Below are positions 37,919 to 51,206 of a DNA stretch of 64,000 nucleotides, piece after piece. The first letter of the stretch is position 1. Each line of letters begins with the position of its first letter. Source of the DNA: Trichinella spiralis (lineage: Eukaryota). The notes below the pieces were generated by a model. That model did no database searches, had not been told where the DNA came from, and worked only from the letters and a program-made list of their open reading frames with translations. The DNA lies in assembly GCF_000181795.1 (NCBI RefSeq), contig NW_003526943.1:2968707-3032706 (forward strand), written 5' to 3'. The translations under genes and the position numbers were made by a program.

Positions 37919-39681
37919 TCAAAATTTGCATTTGTTGACAAACGATATGTATTCTTCGACGTCCTCTTTCGAGCCGAGAATGCACGGAGTGCGTTCGTGG
38001 ATCGACTGCGGCTTCAAGTCCAACAGCGGCGTTGTACCGGTCGTCGCCATACCGCCAGCTTGTTCAACGATCATCGCCATTGGGAAGCATTCGTACAAAA
38101 GGCGAAGCTGAAATTACAAATTCATCTCAACTGAGCAAGCAGTTCTATTTCATATCTATCTACTACATCCCCATTACAAATACAAAAGATAAATTTATCG
38201 AATTTACAGTATGAATATTGCGGGATTATAAACAGCATTATTCTTATTTTCACTCGTTGCAAATAATAAATACATTTATTCTCTTACTTTACCGTTGGGA
38301 TTTTTCGTCGTCGATGGGTAAAGAAATATTCCTCCATATAGCAAAGTGCGATGCACATCCGCCACCATGGAACCAACATAACGCGCCTGATACGGCTCAT
38401 CGTTGTCATTCTAAATTGTCAAATATTCGATAGGAAAAATAATAAATTCTTCTCAAACGAACATTCAAAGCTTTTTTCGATTTCACATATTCAACGGTAG
38501 CTGTGTTCCAATATTTCGTCAAACTCTCGTTCAAGCTGTAAATATTTCCACGTGGTTTTATGCGAATATTTGGATGAGTTAAAATGAACTCTCCAACAGC
38601 CTGAATGGAAAACTTTTTTTAATAATTTGAAAAAAAAAACAAAACAAAAAAATTAATCAAAATCTATCCAATCAGCAGTACTGGATCTAAAGTGAAACCG
38701 TTGACACCTTTGCCAGATGTGAGCACAAGAACCGTTGCGGAACCATAAAGCGCGTAGCCGGCGGCGACCATTTTTCTGCCCGGCTGGAGCAAGTCGTTCA
38801 TGCTAAAAGCATCATCAGAGAACTGGAAAAACAAAATAGCTGTTTTTCTTTTCTCCACTCATTCATATGATTATTATAAAATTATATATTAATCACTTTG
38901 CGATAAACGCCGAAAATAGTTCCAACCGAAATGCAACAATCGATATTGGATGATCCATCAAGAGGATCAAAAACGACAATATATTTTCCTTGTTTCTTTT
39001 TCGAAACCTAAAACTTTGTTTATCATAAATAAATAAATAAATAAATAAACAAAACAAGCCAATCACTTCAATGACATTTGCATTTTCTTCTGACACCATT
39101 GCGCAAACGGTAAACGACGAAGACAACTGATTGATCATCAGCTCATTGCTCAGCACATCTATTTTTTTCACTTCTTCCCCTTGAACATTTGTCCTTCCCA
39201 TCATTCCGTATCTATTTTAATAATATTCAAAAAAAACACTGTGTTTAAATTAGTTGTTTAATGTTGAAACCGACGGCCGGTTTGTATTTGCAATTTTTTA
39301 TTCATCGAAGAGACAAGTTTAAAAATGGGCTTTTTTCTTGTTTTGACAGTGTAAAATCGAAACTATTTGCTAACAAATTATTTCAATTCAACAATATTAA
39401 GAGAATAATATATTGTTCAAAATGATATAATTTTGAAAATTTAATGAAGCAGAATATCTTTTTTTTGAATTAATAATTTGCACACAAAACAATTCAGCTT
39501 ACAAATTCGCCATTCCAGCTTTGCGAACAGCCGATGAGATGCACTTCACGGCAGTGGTGATTGCATTCATCAAGGTTGTAAAGTCGCCAGTGGCGCCGGG
39601 TACTTTGCGCTGTTCGCTCAGCACAAATCTGGTCAACGACATACAGTTCGTATCTATACCAAACTTGTTACCGTCAGCCAT
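37919..39681 (-). CDS. FBP1: Fructose-1,6-bisphosphatase class I
   Basis: [12 protein letters not shown]...[81 protein letters not shown]. Confidence 0.96.
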
Positions 39682-41349
39682 TTGTTATTGCTTTTTATCC
39701 GTTATGGAAATTTCAATTAATATGCAAAAATTAATAAAGCGACCGTGAACAAACACAACCAGAACAAAAATACAGAACAACTATTTTGGACTGGAACAAA
39801 TAAGACCGTAATCATTTTGATGTTTAGGTGAGTTGGTTGAAAATTTAATACTATCAACAAAATTGACGTGTTGGAATTTAAACGTCACTAGATCAATATT
39901 AAGAATAAAAATGCAGGCAAACCTACTACGCCAGTAAAAACGTTGATCATCATCAGCATTCAACACTTGCTTGCTTTTATTCATTAATTTACTTTTAACA
40001 TCTACATGCCGAACAAATTGCATGCACAGCTTTCAACTGATTGCAATTATTAAACTGGACGAAAACTATACATGCTCTTTTTGCAACAAGTGAATTATTT
40101 CAACTGTCAACTTTGTAATTACACTTTACACTGTCATTTGACAAGATGTTTTTTTTAATTTTTATTCTGCTTAATTTCCAAAGTTAACCATTAGTTTAAT
40201 AATGTACTGGTGAATGGTCAATTGTAGTCGAAAAGCTGCTTTGGCACTTTGCCAAGAAACCAACAATAATCTTCTCCGCTTCTAGTGATTCGAGAACACT
40301 GCTAGCTCACCAAACGATCCTCCAATCATTCATTCATCACAGCCGACCCACAAGTCACGCTTGCTCAATTGACTGACGTCACCGTACTCTGAAAGTGAAC
40401 ATCGCTTGTTATCAATCTTTTATTTGCATCCAGTGTTTATTTTTACATTTATTTATTTGATCTTTATGAAAATTTAAATTGTCCCACTTGCTGAATTCAA
40501 TTAATTTTCAATCATCTCTTTTCTGTTGTCAATTTGACAATACTATTTATATATGACAATAATTTGAAATTTATTTGAAAAAAATACCGTCATATTTTGG
40601 CAATTTTTCAATGTAGGAAAATATTTGCGTTGAACTTGAAAAGCTCATTTTGTAACTGGACTGTATTGATTGTGCCAAATAATATGTGCAATTGGAACAC
40701 AAAGTATCAACTGGGCAGGCAGGATGGGTGGTAAATTTGATTTCTCAAGAAGCAGATTTTAATTTTTATTTTGTACGTAGAGAAGTTAGAGGGTTCTCAG
40801 ATATCAGTGCATTTATTTTAGACAGCTTCTCATGGTTGCTTCACAAAGAGGATGACGGCATTAACTTCTACTGATCATCTAGTCGAAGGCCACCCTAATA
40901 TCTCCACCCTGATATGGAGAGAACAGGCAACTAACTGTTCTCGTGCCCATTTTATCGCGTTGTTATTTGTGCATTCATGTTCAACTAAACATGTGCTGTG
41001 TTAATTAATGATTAGCAAAAATAGGAGACAACGCAAACGTCGGCTCTTGCAAAATGTATTTTTTAATTCATATTTATTACCAGGGGGAAGGTATATCACA
41101 CCGACGCTAATTTTTTGATTGAACAATTAATTTATTCGTTCCATTATTCAGAATTCACAAAAATAGATTGTCTCTACGCCCAGAACAAGCAGTTCAGAAT
41201 TAGTTGATTAAAAATACACGAAGAACGGATTTCCAAACAAACAATTTACTCAATTTATATTACTGTATATATATATATTTATGCATTGCTCTACTGTACT
41301 GTATTTAAAGAAAAATTGTCTAATGCATAAAAAATAAAAAAGCATACTT

Positions 41350-41796
41350 TTACGGTATACAGTATTTCAAATAAAAGAAGGTTATCAAAAACAAAACTAA
41401 AGTAATATACAAAAGTATTTTACAGTACAAACTGGAACTTTTTTTTATATAAATGTTTTTTTCGACATGGGAATTATTATGAACAGCAGCAGTTTGGTTG
41501 GGTTCAACGAGAAGAACATCTTCACAATAACGTCCATGATAATTGCCGGAACATTGACACGTGTAATTTGCAATTTCATCTATGCAAATTGCGTCGTGTT
41601 GACACTGATGGTGCAAACAGTCGTCAATATTCACTTCACAACATTGTCCAGTATATCCTGAAAGAGAAATAGATGCAGACGTTGGTTACAATTTTCATTA
41701 CTTTTTTGTATTTGTGCATTTTTCCATCTTACCGACTAAGCATAAACAACGGTCGTCGTCAGTACTGTTCTTCCGCATACCGTTCTCGCAAGAGCA

Positions 41797-41829
<33 letters not shown>

Positions 41830-43104
41830 ACTGCGCAGACTGCAGTCTTTCCCATAATAATTTTCATAACATTCGCATCTGTGTTCAAAAAATAGCAATA
41901 AATATTAATTCAAAAAATAATTGAGAACTTTTTTATTATACGAATAAGTGCCGTTCCGCTTGATGCATTCGCCGTGTTCACAGACATCCATCTGGCATTC
42001 GTCAATGTCGTCTTCGCAAAACGGACCAGTAAATCCTCCGATACAGATGCATCCAGTCTCGACAACACATATACCATCGTTCTGGCATGGACTTTCCTCA
42101 CAGCTAAGAATAGCAGCAGCATTACAGTCAACTCCTAAATAAAAAAAAATAAATAAATACAAAGTGGAAACGCTGAAGAAACATTTGATATATGCTCTTC
42201 GCGAAACAAATTCCAACTTTTAATTTCAAAAATTATTGTAAAAGTACATACAATGTAATATATACGGGTCATTATGTAAAAGTTCTAAATTTGCGAAGCA
42301 AAGTAGAAACTAAACGCGCTATATTATCTTGTAGCTATTATACTTAACTAAAATTATGCATTCGTTCAAAAAAAATATTGTAAATTACAAGTGAAAAATA
42401 AATTTAACTATAAATAAAAGTTGAAGGAAATTTATTATAATTAGTGCTTTTCAATATTTCTAAAAAAAACCTGCAAACTATTTTCCGATCAGTGTTGATT
42501 TTTAAGGAAAAGGAATAAAAATTATATTTTTCTATATGATGAAGCCAATTTGTAAAATTATACCTCAGAATTGTATTAATCAAAAAAGAAAATTCCCCTT
42601 TCACATACCCTCTGGACATGAGCAGCTTAATAAAATTGTACCGTTCGGTTTTATATTGTAAGTGCAATTGCCACCATTTTTACAAGGATTTTCAATGCAC
42701 GGATCTTTAAATTGGCAATTTTTACCAATATATCCAGTTGAACATCTGAAAAATTATTTTCATCAATAAAAAGAAAGTGAACATAATTGCATTAAAAATT
42801 TTTTTGTAATAAAATAAAAATAGAAATTAATATTTCACATTCCAGAATGAAGAATAATATGAAAACAACAAATCACAACTGACTGGCATCTGCTGATATT
42901 TTGTTCAACAACAAGTTGTCCACCGTTTTCACACAAATTGGTTTCATTGATCGCGGAAGCTAAAAACCAAAAAATGAAAAATTATTTTTGATTATTAATT
43001 AATAAATATCACAAAAATTTACATATTTCCGTATAGGTAATTTCGTTTGGCGGTGAAGCGTATATTAGCAGTGAAGTGGACCAAAACAGCGCCAACAGAA
43101 ACAT
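41350..43104 (-). CDS. EGF-repeat protein with signal peptide and C-terminal hydrophobic anchor
   Basis: MFLLALFWSTSLLIYA signal; repeated EGF modules (CENGGQ, DPCIENPCKNGGNC, CEESPCQNDGIC, DIDECQMDVCEHGEC, NIDDCLHHQCQHDAICIDEIANYTCQC); ends LLYITLVLFLITFFYLKYCIP*. Confidence 0.8.
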
Positions 43105-43713
43105 CGTGACAGGAAGAAAGAACGCAACACTCGAGTTGGGATGACGAAAAAGAAAACTCACTGAGCAATAACTTAACAACAAATGAAAAGAATACAACTA
43201 GTAGAATTAATTTATACAATTTAATTGTTGTTGTTGTTGTTTTATCTGAAAAATAATAATAATTCAAATATGAATAAAAAAATAAAAAAATAAATTCTCA
43301 AGTTTAGAAAAAAAATTGTTTTTGAATTTTTTCATCCGAATTACATTGGCTGCAGATGTGATTGGGAATTTTTCGAGCAGCTTGAAATTTTCATTTCCCA
43401 CGTTTCAAACTTTTCCGTTGAAAATAAGTAACAAAGCAGCAATGAATGGCAATTCAATCTATTTTATTGTGAAGAAAATTTCATTTTGTTGCAAATGTAA
43501 ATTTTTTACACAACGCTTTTCTCCCATTCATTCATTCATTCATATTGTGATCAATGAATTTTTATTCTGCTCGTTGAGAATATTATATATGTATATACAG
43601 TCAGCCCTCCACTGATTGTTATTGTAATCCATTCTATTTGTCAATTTTTGGTTTCTTTTTAATGGTCAATTTTCTGATATTTAATGTTTTCATATTTATA
43701 TTAAAAATATTAC

Positions 43714-43768
43714 TGTGACTGTAACGGCAACCGTGGAATTGTACCTGCATAACACGGTCGCCATCACA
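43714..43768. mobile_element. 55-bp foldback made of two inverted LTR heads of the Gypsy family at 2763
   Basis: tgtaacggcaaccgtggaattgtacctgcataacacg resembles the LTR start tgtgacggtgaccatgaaattgtacctgcatatcacg. The right end cacggtcgccatcaca is its inverse; ttac flanks both sides. Confidence 0.6.
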
Positions 43769-43935
43769 TTACTATTCAATGGTACTTGATCAAATTAATT
43801 ATTTTAATGAAACTGAGTAAAATGGTGAATCCACCGGGCACCTTTACACGTGATATTAATAGCATTCGTAACTTTTAAATTTGTAGACATTGCACCCTGC
43901 AGCCTATTTTATGTTAGTCCAATTTAAACTATTCC

Positions 43936-44110
43936 TTAATAACAATGGATACATGTTGTACATTGAGTATATAATTTGGAACATCCCAAATATTTCTTCT
44001 TTTTGCCAGTATATTTCAATTTATATGCCTTTCCTTCAAAAACAAGGGACAGTTTACCGCAACGCTTGGTAACAAGACGCAATTCAGAATTAGCAGACAT
44101 AAAGAGAAGA
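43936..44110 (-). mobile_element. FLYWCH-domain (Mutator/MULE-associated) remnant
   Basis: ELRLVTKRCGKLSLVFEGKAYKLKYTGKKKKYLGCSK is an N-terminal FLYWCH-like segment, truncated and decayed. Confidence 0.6.
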
Positions 44111-44508
44111 ATAGTAAAAAAATTATTGTTCACAGGAATAGCATCTATTCTAAATCTGGCAAGGGGCCCATCTGACATCACAAATGTCAACCCTCTCCTA
44201 TGGTTTTCAACTGAATTGCTTGCTTGTTCAAATCTGTTATATCGATGAAATATCCACTTCTGGACAAGATTTAGGAAAATCGATAATCCACCTGAAAAAT
44301 CTTGAATGTGGCGCCAACAGTTTTAATTTATCCACAAATAACACATCAAAGAATGCGATATCCACTGCCCCGTGAAATGGAGAAGTTTTAACAGCTTTTC
44401 GGCCGTTTACTGCTTTCTTTCTGTTGTCATCATCAAAGTGCTTTACTTTTTATTTTGCCGCGTTCATAAATACTGTTCAAAAATTATGTAGACGACAGAA
44501 ATGGGGTC

Positions 44509-44751
44509 TGTATTCAACAGAGAACCTGAGTGTCATTAATAATACGGTAGACCCGGAAGTGACGTAATAGGGGATTTTTGGGGCGTGGTTGCTGGCGAGA
44601 TAGTGTCGTGGCTTGTCGTTGTTAGTAGTTTGCCTTTAGCGTGTTTTGCTTTTCTTGGTGTGTTATTCTTTGATTTCTTGTCTGATTATCTCCGGCTCAG
44701 TGTTATTCCTTGAGTAAACTGTTTGACACTCAATCGAGTTTTTAAATAACA
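44509..44751. mobile_element. Possible solo LTR or repeat fragment
   Basis: TG...CA-bounded GC-richer patch with ccggaagtgacgt and a T-rich body. No TSD was found. Confidence 0.3.
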
Positions 44752-46725
44752 GTTGTCGCCTTATAAGTCGGATTGTCTAACACATTGGACACTCCTGGCC
44801 TTGCAATAACAACTCAGACATACAGTCCACTAACATCGGAGACGAGTGACTTGTTGTTTCGCTCGTTACAAATTATGTCAACCGACAGTTGCTTTGCTCG
44901 TCAGATGAATTACACTTTAGCTAGCAATTATACGAGATTTATGCACAATATGCTTTTCTGTTTGTCAGAAATTGTTCTGAATTGAATTGAAATTTAGGAC
45001 AATGGAAAAATCTACAAATGATAAATTGACCACAGCTGCAGTTATTCAGCTAAGAGTAGTATGATTGCCGAATGTTAGCATCGGAATATGTTTCTAATTT
45101 TATGTAGCCTGACTGTTTTCTCTGATAATCTTTCTTGCTTACAGTCAAAGAATTCTACTTTCATCTTCACAAAATTTGGCTCTATTTCACCTGTGTTATT
45201 TATTGTTTCCTTTCATATGTTTTATTTAAATAAAAAAATTAAAATATACAATTTTATTTACAAATCAAAAAATTTATTTATAAATTTGATGTAAATTGTA
45301 AACTTTTTTTTCAACTAGTGAGTTGGTGAACACTTAAGTTGCCATCACTTTGCATTTGCAACCTTTTAACTTGTAATTCAACGATAGCCTAATGTTGAAC
45401 ATTCAAAATCAAAAGCAGCGCTTCGGATTTATTGTTGCATTTTAAAATTATTTTATATAACAAGTGAACGTTAAACAAAATTATTCACACAAAACAACAA
45501 ACTTCATCGGCATGTAAAAAAGGCATAGATGAATGTTTTAAAAAGAAAGAAACTTTGTAAAGATTAAAATTCTTGAAAATATTTGTATAAAGCATTTCCA
45601 GTAAAATCAATCAGATGCTAACAATTTAGCAGTTGTCACTTGTTGGTTTAGCTGGAAAACTGCAACTGTGAACAATTTATCAAATTGTTCATTTTCCCTT
45701 TGTATTAAAATCCCCTTTACCAACAGATGTGATGTGACGAGAAAAGCGAAGAATGTTTGACAAAGGGCATATGCGTGAAATCGTGCGTAAAATTCAGTGA
45801 AATTGCGAGCTAACGCGTAACGTTAGCATTAGTGCCATTTGTGAGCAAATGTTGCCACAATATTCCAGATTTTTCAAGCAGATTATATGCAGTTTTCTGA
45901 TATTGCACCCAGAAGTTTACATCAAATCTAGATAACAAATTTCAACTGGCAACAAATCCAGTTACAAACAGTAGAAGCAGATTTTTACATACAGTCAGAA
46001 ACGAACCCCATTTTCACCATTTTACCACTTTTCTCTTCTCTGTGCTTGAATTCGCTTTGATTCATCTTCTCTCCTTGCTGACAATTTGCATTTGGTTTTA
46101 AATAATCGAAATAACTATAATTTGATGCATGAAGGTACAAATCATCTCCTGAAACACACAAATTTTGATGAAAAACCGTGGATTTTCAATCGTGTAAGTA
46201 ATAATTTATTATTGTAATATTCCATTTTTATCAGTCAGCATATTGATTTCTCATTTAGGTGAGAAATGGATGTAGGGATACAGTTTACACCAACCTCGAA
46301 GTGAATACTGTTTTGAGAACAACACCTCATGCTGCCATGACTGACTGCAGAATACGATGGCGGTATGCGTACGATGGAGCAGTTCTTAAGAGCTGTTGCT
46401 GATGATGTTCCGGAGCCGGTGAATTTCTGAGTGCCACCTTTTCTGCACCATCATTTTGTATTTTCTTATTCTTTGTACAGTTTATTTTTGTTTGTATTAT
46501 AGTATATTATATTATATTGCATTGTATTATACTTTTTGCCACTGAATAAATTTTTACCACTGAAATTTATATGTAACTTCATCAAATTAACATAAATTAA
46601 TAGAAAGCAAACTTTGAAACAAGTTCTACAAAATACCGAATAGTACGCAAGCAATAAACCGAGTCAGTTTAGCTTAAAGTAAAGCAAATTTCTTATGTAT
46701 GATGAGCAGATGTATAAACATAATT

Positions 46726-47330
46726 CAGTGGTTCTCAAACTTTTCTGGGCTGCGACCCACCTGCTTGCCATGCATATTTTGAAAGCCATGAGGAGTTAAA
46801 GAAAAAATATTAGTTTAATACTTTTAATTTTTTAATGAACAAGCCTAATTATAATGTATAAGCTTATCTGTCAAATGCATAATGAGGTGTATGCGAACAG
46901 TGGGCTTGTTTTCTGTTTTGACTGATGACTTCTTCGACGTCCGCTCTAACACGTGTTAGTTTTAGTCGCAAGATGTCGGATAATTGCGGCTTACTTCAAA
47001 ATTTGCTTTTAATTCTATTCATTGCTGAAAATCCAATTTTGCACAAGTAGGAAGTAGTAAAAGGAAGCAGCACTTTTAATGCGGCGGTGGAAAAAGTTGG
47101 ATATGTGTTTTAAACTAATAGTCAAAACTGTATTATGTTTTACGATCAAAACTGACTTTAAAAGAAGAATGTTCAGGCAAATCGATTAATTCTCAGTCTG
47201 CTTTTGTGGATATGCCGGTACGAACAACATCTGCGTGCTGTGAGAAACCGGACAGAAATAGTGATTCTGAAGTTTAATTGTTCACCCAACAATTTTCGAT
47301 AAACAAAACTCCTAACAAAAACGAAGACTA
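46726..47330 (-). mobile_element. hAT Buster/Charlie (ZBED5/SCAND3-like) transposase 3' remnant with TIR
   Basis: TIR cagtggttctcaaactt at 46726. The minus strand reads TYPTFSTAALKVLLPFTTSYLCKIGFSAM...QAHCSH, a hAT dimerization domain with an internal stop. Confidence 0.85.
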
Positions 47331-48080
47331 CTCTCGTACTTTAATATTTTACGCAACCCACACTTCAAGAACCACTGATATAATTAATTATACACAAAAA
47401 TGTAACCGCAAAAAAATTCTTTTTAAAGCTTATAATTTTGAAATGCTAGTCAGCCTTTAATTTTATTTAAGGCTACTCCTAATATATAGAGAACAAAAAT
47501 AGTAAAGCTTTGAATATCAGGAAACTGACAATTAAAAAGAACCCAAAATTCGACAAATAGGACGTATTACAACGACAGCCAGTGAAATTAAAAAAATATG
47601 TATACGTATTTTCCCATGATATATATTTACATTGCACTCACATGCAAACCTGCATGTGCATTTGTATTGTTGTGATATGTCAATTTTGTAGTGGTCTGTG
47701 TCGTGGATGACGACGATCAGAGACAAAGTTAAGAGAGAAAAGGAGAGAAAGAGAGCGATAGCGTGCGTAGCTATCGTATCCGGATCAATGATGATGGAAT
47801 GATAACAAATTCAAATATCGGGTATAGTGTATGTCAGGGCACTCAGGTACATGCTGTACTGTAGCCTCTATGGTCTGCATTTTTGATAATGTTAAAAAAA
47901 ATTTTAATTTCAAAATTGCTAGTTAGCATAATGAATAGTTAAATTAACAAAAAATATTCACATTCAAGATAAATGCATGAATATGCATAGCTGGTTTAAT
48001 TGATGCTTTCATCAACGATTATTTTTATATTTGATTTTTAAAATAACTTTTTTTGATATTTGTCAAATATTTTGCAAAAA

Positions 48081-50138
48081 TTATTGAATATCATCGTAAA
48101 GCTTATCGTAGGAACAAAAATCTTTGATTTTTTCCACAGTTTCATGAACTGGCAACTGCATTATGCACGCATTTGCAAAAACGTACGAATATTTCATCGC
48201 ATAGGGATTCTGTAAATTGATTTTAAAAATTTCCAACTTTTTAATGCAATTCATTTCACAACTTACTTTTCCAAATTTGAAGCAATACTTTGTAAATGCA
48301 TTTATTAATTTTTCATGACATTCCAAATCTTTCAGCTCAACATCCATTCTCTGCATCATGTCATTTGTATTTACCATTCCATTTGCCATTACTTCTGACA
48401 AATGTTTTATAAAATTATCCAAAAAAGCTCTTTTCTGAAATAAAAATACGCATATGAAAAATTATAATTTTTAAAAATAGATTACCATTTTCAGCATATT
48501 ATATTCATTTATTGCATTCGACTTCGTTTGATTATTTTTTGGGTGGGAAGTTAACTTCTGAACCTGACGTCTCAATATTTCCAACGGAACATCCAAACTT
48601 GGAACAACATCCGTCAAGCCACCGCTCTTAATATTTGCACTATTTGCGTTGATTTCCACATTTCCAAAATACCGCGCCATTTTTGTCCATTGAACTGATA
48701 AATCACCGTAAAGTTGTACATGACTAGTAGTAACCAAAGATTGCACGGCGTTAAACTCTTGTTTCACATATATTTCCTTAATATTATTCTAAAATATTAA
48801 ATTATGGGACAAAAAATGCAAATAGTATGACTCATTTATCTTACTCCATCAGCATATTCCATCCAAGCCACAGAGAATGCATCGCCCAAGAATGTATCAA
48901 CTGTTTCATCATAATAGCACGCATAAGAGCTTTCTTCATGATTCGCAGCCGTCATGGCAAGTACTTAAAATGCTTTAATTTACGAAAAAGAATATATATA
49001 TATATTTATTTAGTTAAAAATAATAAACGAGAGCATTTGGTTCATATTTAAAATTGAATTTTTTTTATTTGAAAATTTCTTACTCTTTGTATTGTTGGAT
49101 AAAATATTTCGAAACATGGACCCAGCATAGCAAGCTTCAATGTGCAAAAGCATCTGAAAATTTGAATACAATTTCATTTCATGTAAAAAAGAAGAGTGAA
49201 CATTTATTTAAAAAAATAATTACATTTCTGAACATTTTTCGTTGATGCATTTTTTCCAAAGTTTTGTTCAGCTGAGATGCGTGCAAATAATTCTAAAAAA
49301 TAATTTTCAGTTTAATTTTTGAAAAATTGCATCATTTTACCGCATCATCAGGAAAAGCAAGTATGTAATCAGAGCCATGATCGACGAAATTCACAAACAC
49401 ATAATCATTTGGACCACTGACAATTAAAACAAAAAAACAAGCATTCAAGTTTAATAAAATTTTTATTATTGAGAATCTTTTAATTTTTTTAAAATTCAGA
49501 ATTAAAAATTCAAAAGTGAATATCATACATGTATTTAAATTAAAAAATTTTCCATTTTAATAATAACTACCTTTTCAACACTCTTCCAGTTCCTATACCT
49601 ATCATTTCATCTTCTTCACCAAGTAAGACGTTAATAAAATTTTCAGGTGTTACATCCTACAACATGATACTTAAAAAATAAAAAAGTCAAATTGTTTGCA
49701 TTTTGCATAAGTTACGTCTTCTTTGTAATCAATTTTTATTCCACTACAAACTTCAGGACCTTGAATATGATTGAATACCTTTCCTTGTAGAGGGTTGCTA
49801 AAATGGAAGTTTAAAATTTTAATACGCTCCAAGCAGCAGAATGCTTGAAAAATTACTATTCATTTTTTGCAATGTCGTCATACGACATGACAATGATGTG
49901 CTTTTCTGGAACACCATGTTCAAGTAAAACTTTGTAAGCGTGGCAAATGTCAGCCTTTAATAAATAATGCATGTTATAAAGTTGGAACTTTTACAGTAGT
50001 ATTAAAAAGTACCTGATGTCGGTAATTGTACCAACCATTCGAGCCGGACACCAAAACTGCCCAGATGTTATCATTTGCATAGACTGTTTGAAAAGTGATG
50101 ATTAGTTTGAACAAGAACAGCGATTTGAAAATTTCCAT
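48081..50138 (-). CDS. LGMN: Legumain / asparaginyl endopeptidase (peptidase C13), secreted
   Basis: Signal peptide; [53 protein letters not shown] (catalytic His); [10 protein letters not shown] (catalytic Cys); [26 protein letters not shown]. Confidence 0.95.
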
Positions 50139-50974
50139 TTTACTCAAGTTTGCATGGAATGCTGACGTGAAGTTTCGCAGAAAAATGTTTTCCTACAAAA
50201 TAAAACACAGTGAAATGCCAGTTCATCAGTTATGGTTTCTTATGTTTCCCAGATTGGGATTATTTGTTATCTAAGACAAATAATTTTTGTTGCCAAAATA
50301 AAGAAGCATCAGTTTGTTGGGGAATTATTTGGCCCACGCTTGAATTTTAGTTGACGTCGATATTTGTTTAAAATTCTTATCTGAAGCTATTTCAAACAGA
50401 GATAGTGAAATGGAAATTCTCTGAACGCAAAAGTTGAATGTGAATTTTGAGTGGAATTTGAAAATAAAATTCAACCAGAGCAAAATCAAAATTTGAAATT
50501 TTACTTATTATTAATAATGTTATTAACATGTAGCATATATTTTTGTTTTCAAATATTACAAAATATATGTTGCATATAAGTAAAAACATTAAAAAACAAA
50601 AATAATGTTCCCAATTCATTGCTATTTTAGGTGAAATTAACAATATGTTTTTAACTTTAAACAAATATTTTTCATTTTGTTTAATTTTTTAAAATAACTC
50701 ATTCAGTAATTGTACTTTAAACAAAGGATGACTTTAAAATTTTATCCCTCATTGAATGAAATGGAAAACTTTAAATTTCAACCATTTACTTTATTGCAAG
50801 TTAGCCGTCAAGTTGGTCAGTTTAGCTGAATTCAAAATCCCAGTTTTCTGCCTTCTCACACAGAACACCGCAACCTTCGTAGAATTTAGTAAGTAAACAT
50901 TCATTTTATGATTGCAGTAATTTGTTCATTTATTATAATTCATATAATCCTTTCAATTACTCTGCATATTTCCC

Positions 50975-51048
50975 AACTTTGGTAAGTGCACATAAGCACA
51001 TGGAAATTCTTGCCGAATTCCATGTGCACTTAACCAAGTTCGACTGTA
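50975..51048. repeat. Palindromic hairpin, probably a collapsed Tc1/pogo-type MITE
   Basis: aactttggtaagtgcacat..gcacatggaaattc / gaattccatgtgcacttaaccaagtt. The right end ...ccaagttcgactg-TA resembles a CAGTCGAAC terminus at a TA target. Confidence 0.55.
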
Positions 51049-51206
51049 TAATAAATATACTTTAGTGCTATTAGGTGCATTTTTAAATATTTTTTGCATT
51101 ATTATATTTAACATATTGATATTGAACATTTCAATTTTTGTATATAAAACGTATCTTATTTTAATTGTAAAATGAATTTAAAAGATCAATTTTCTTAACA
51201 GGAATC

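Noticed and set aside
47526..47807. LTR-like patch with purine-rich tract and ...gataaca end
   Set aside because: No TSD or second copy, so the boundaries cannot be supported.
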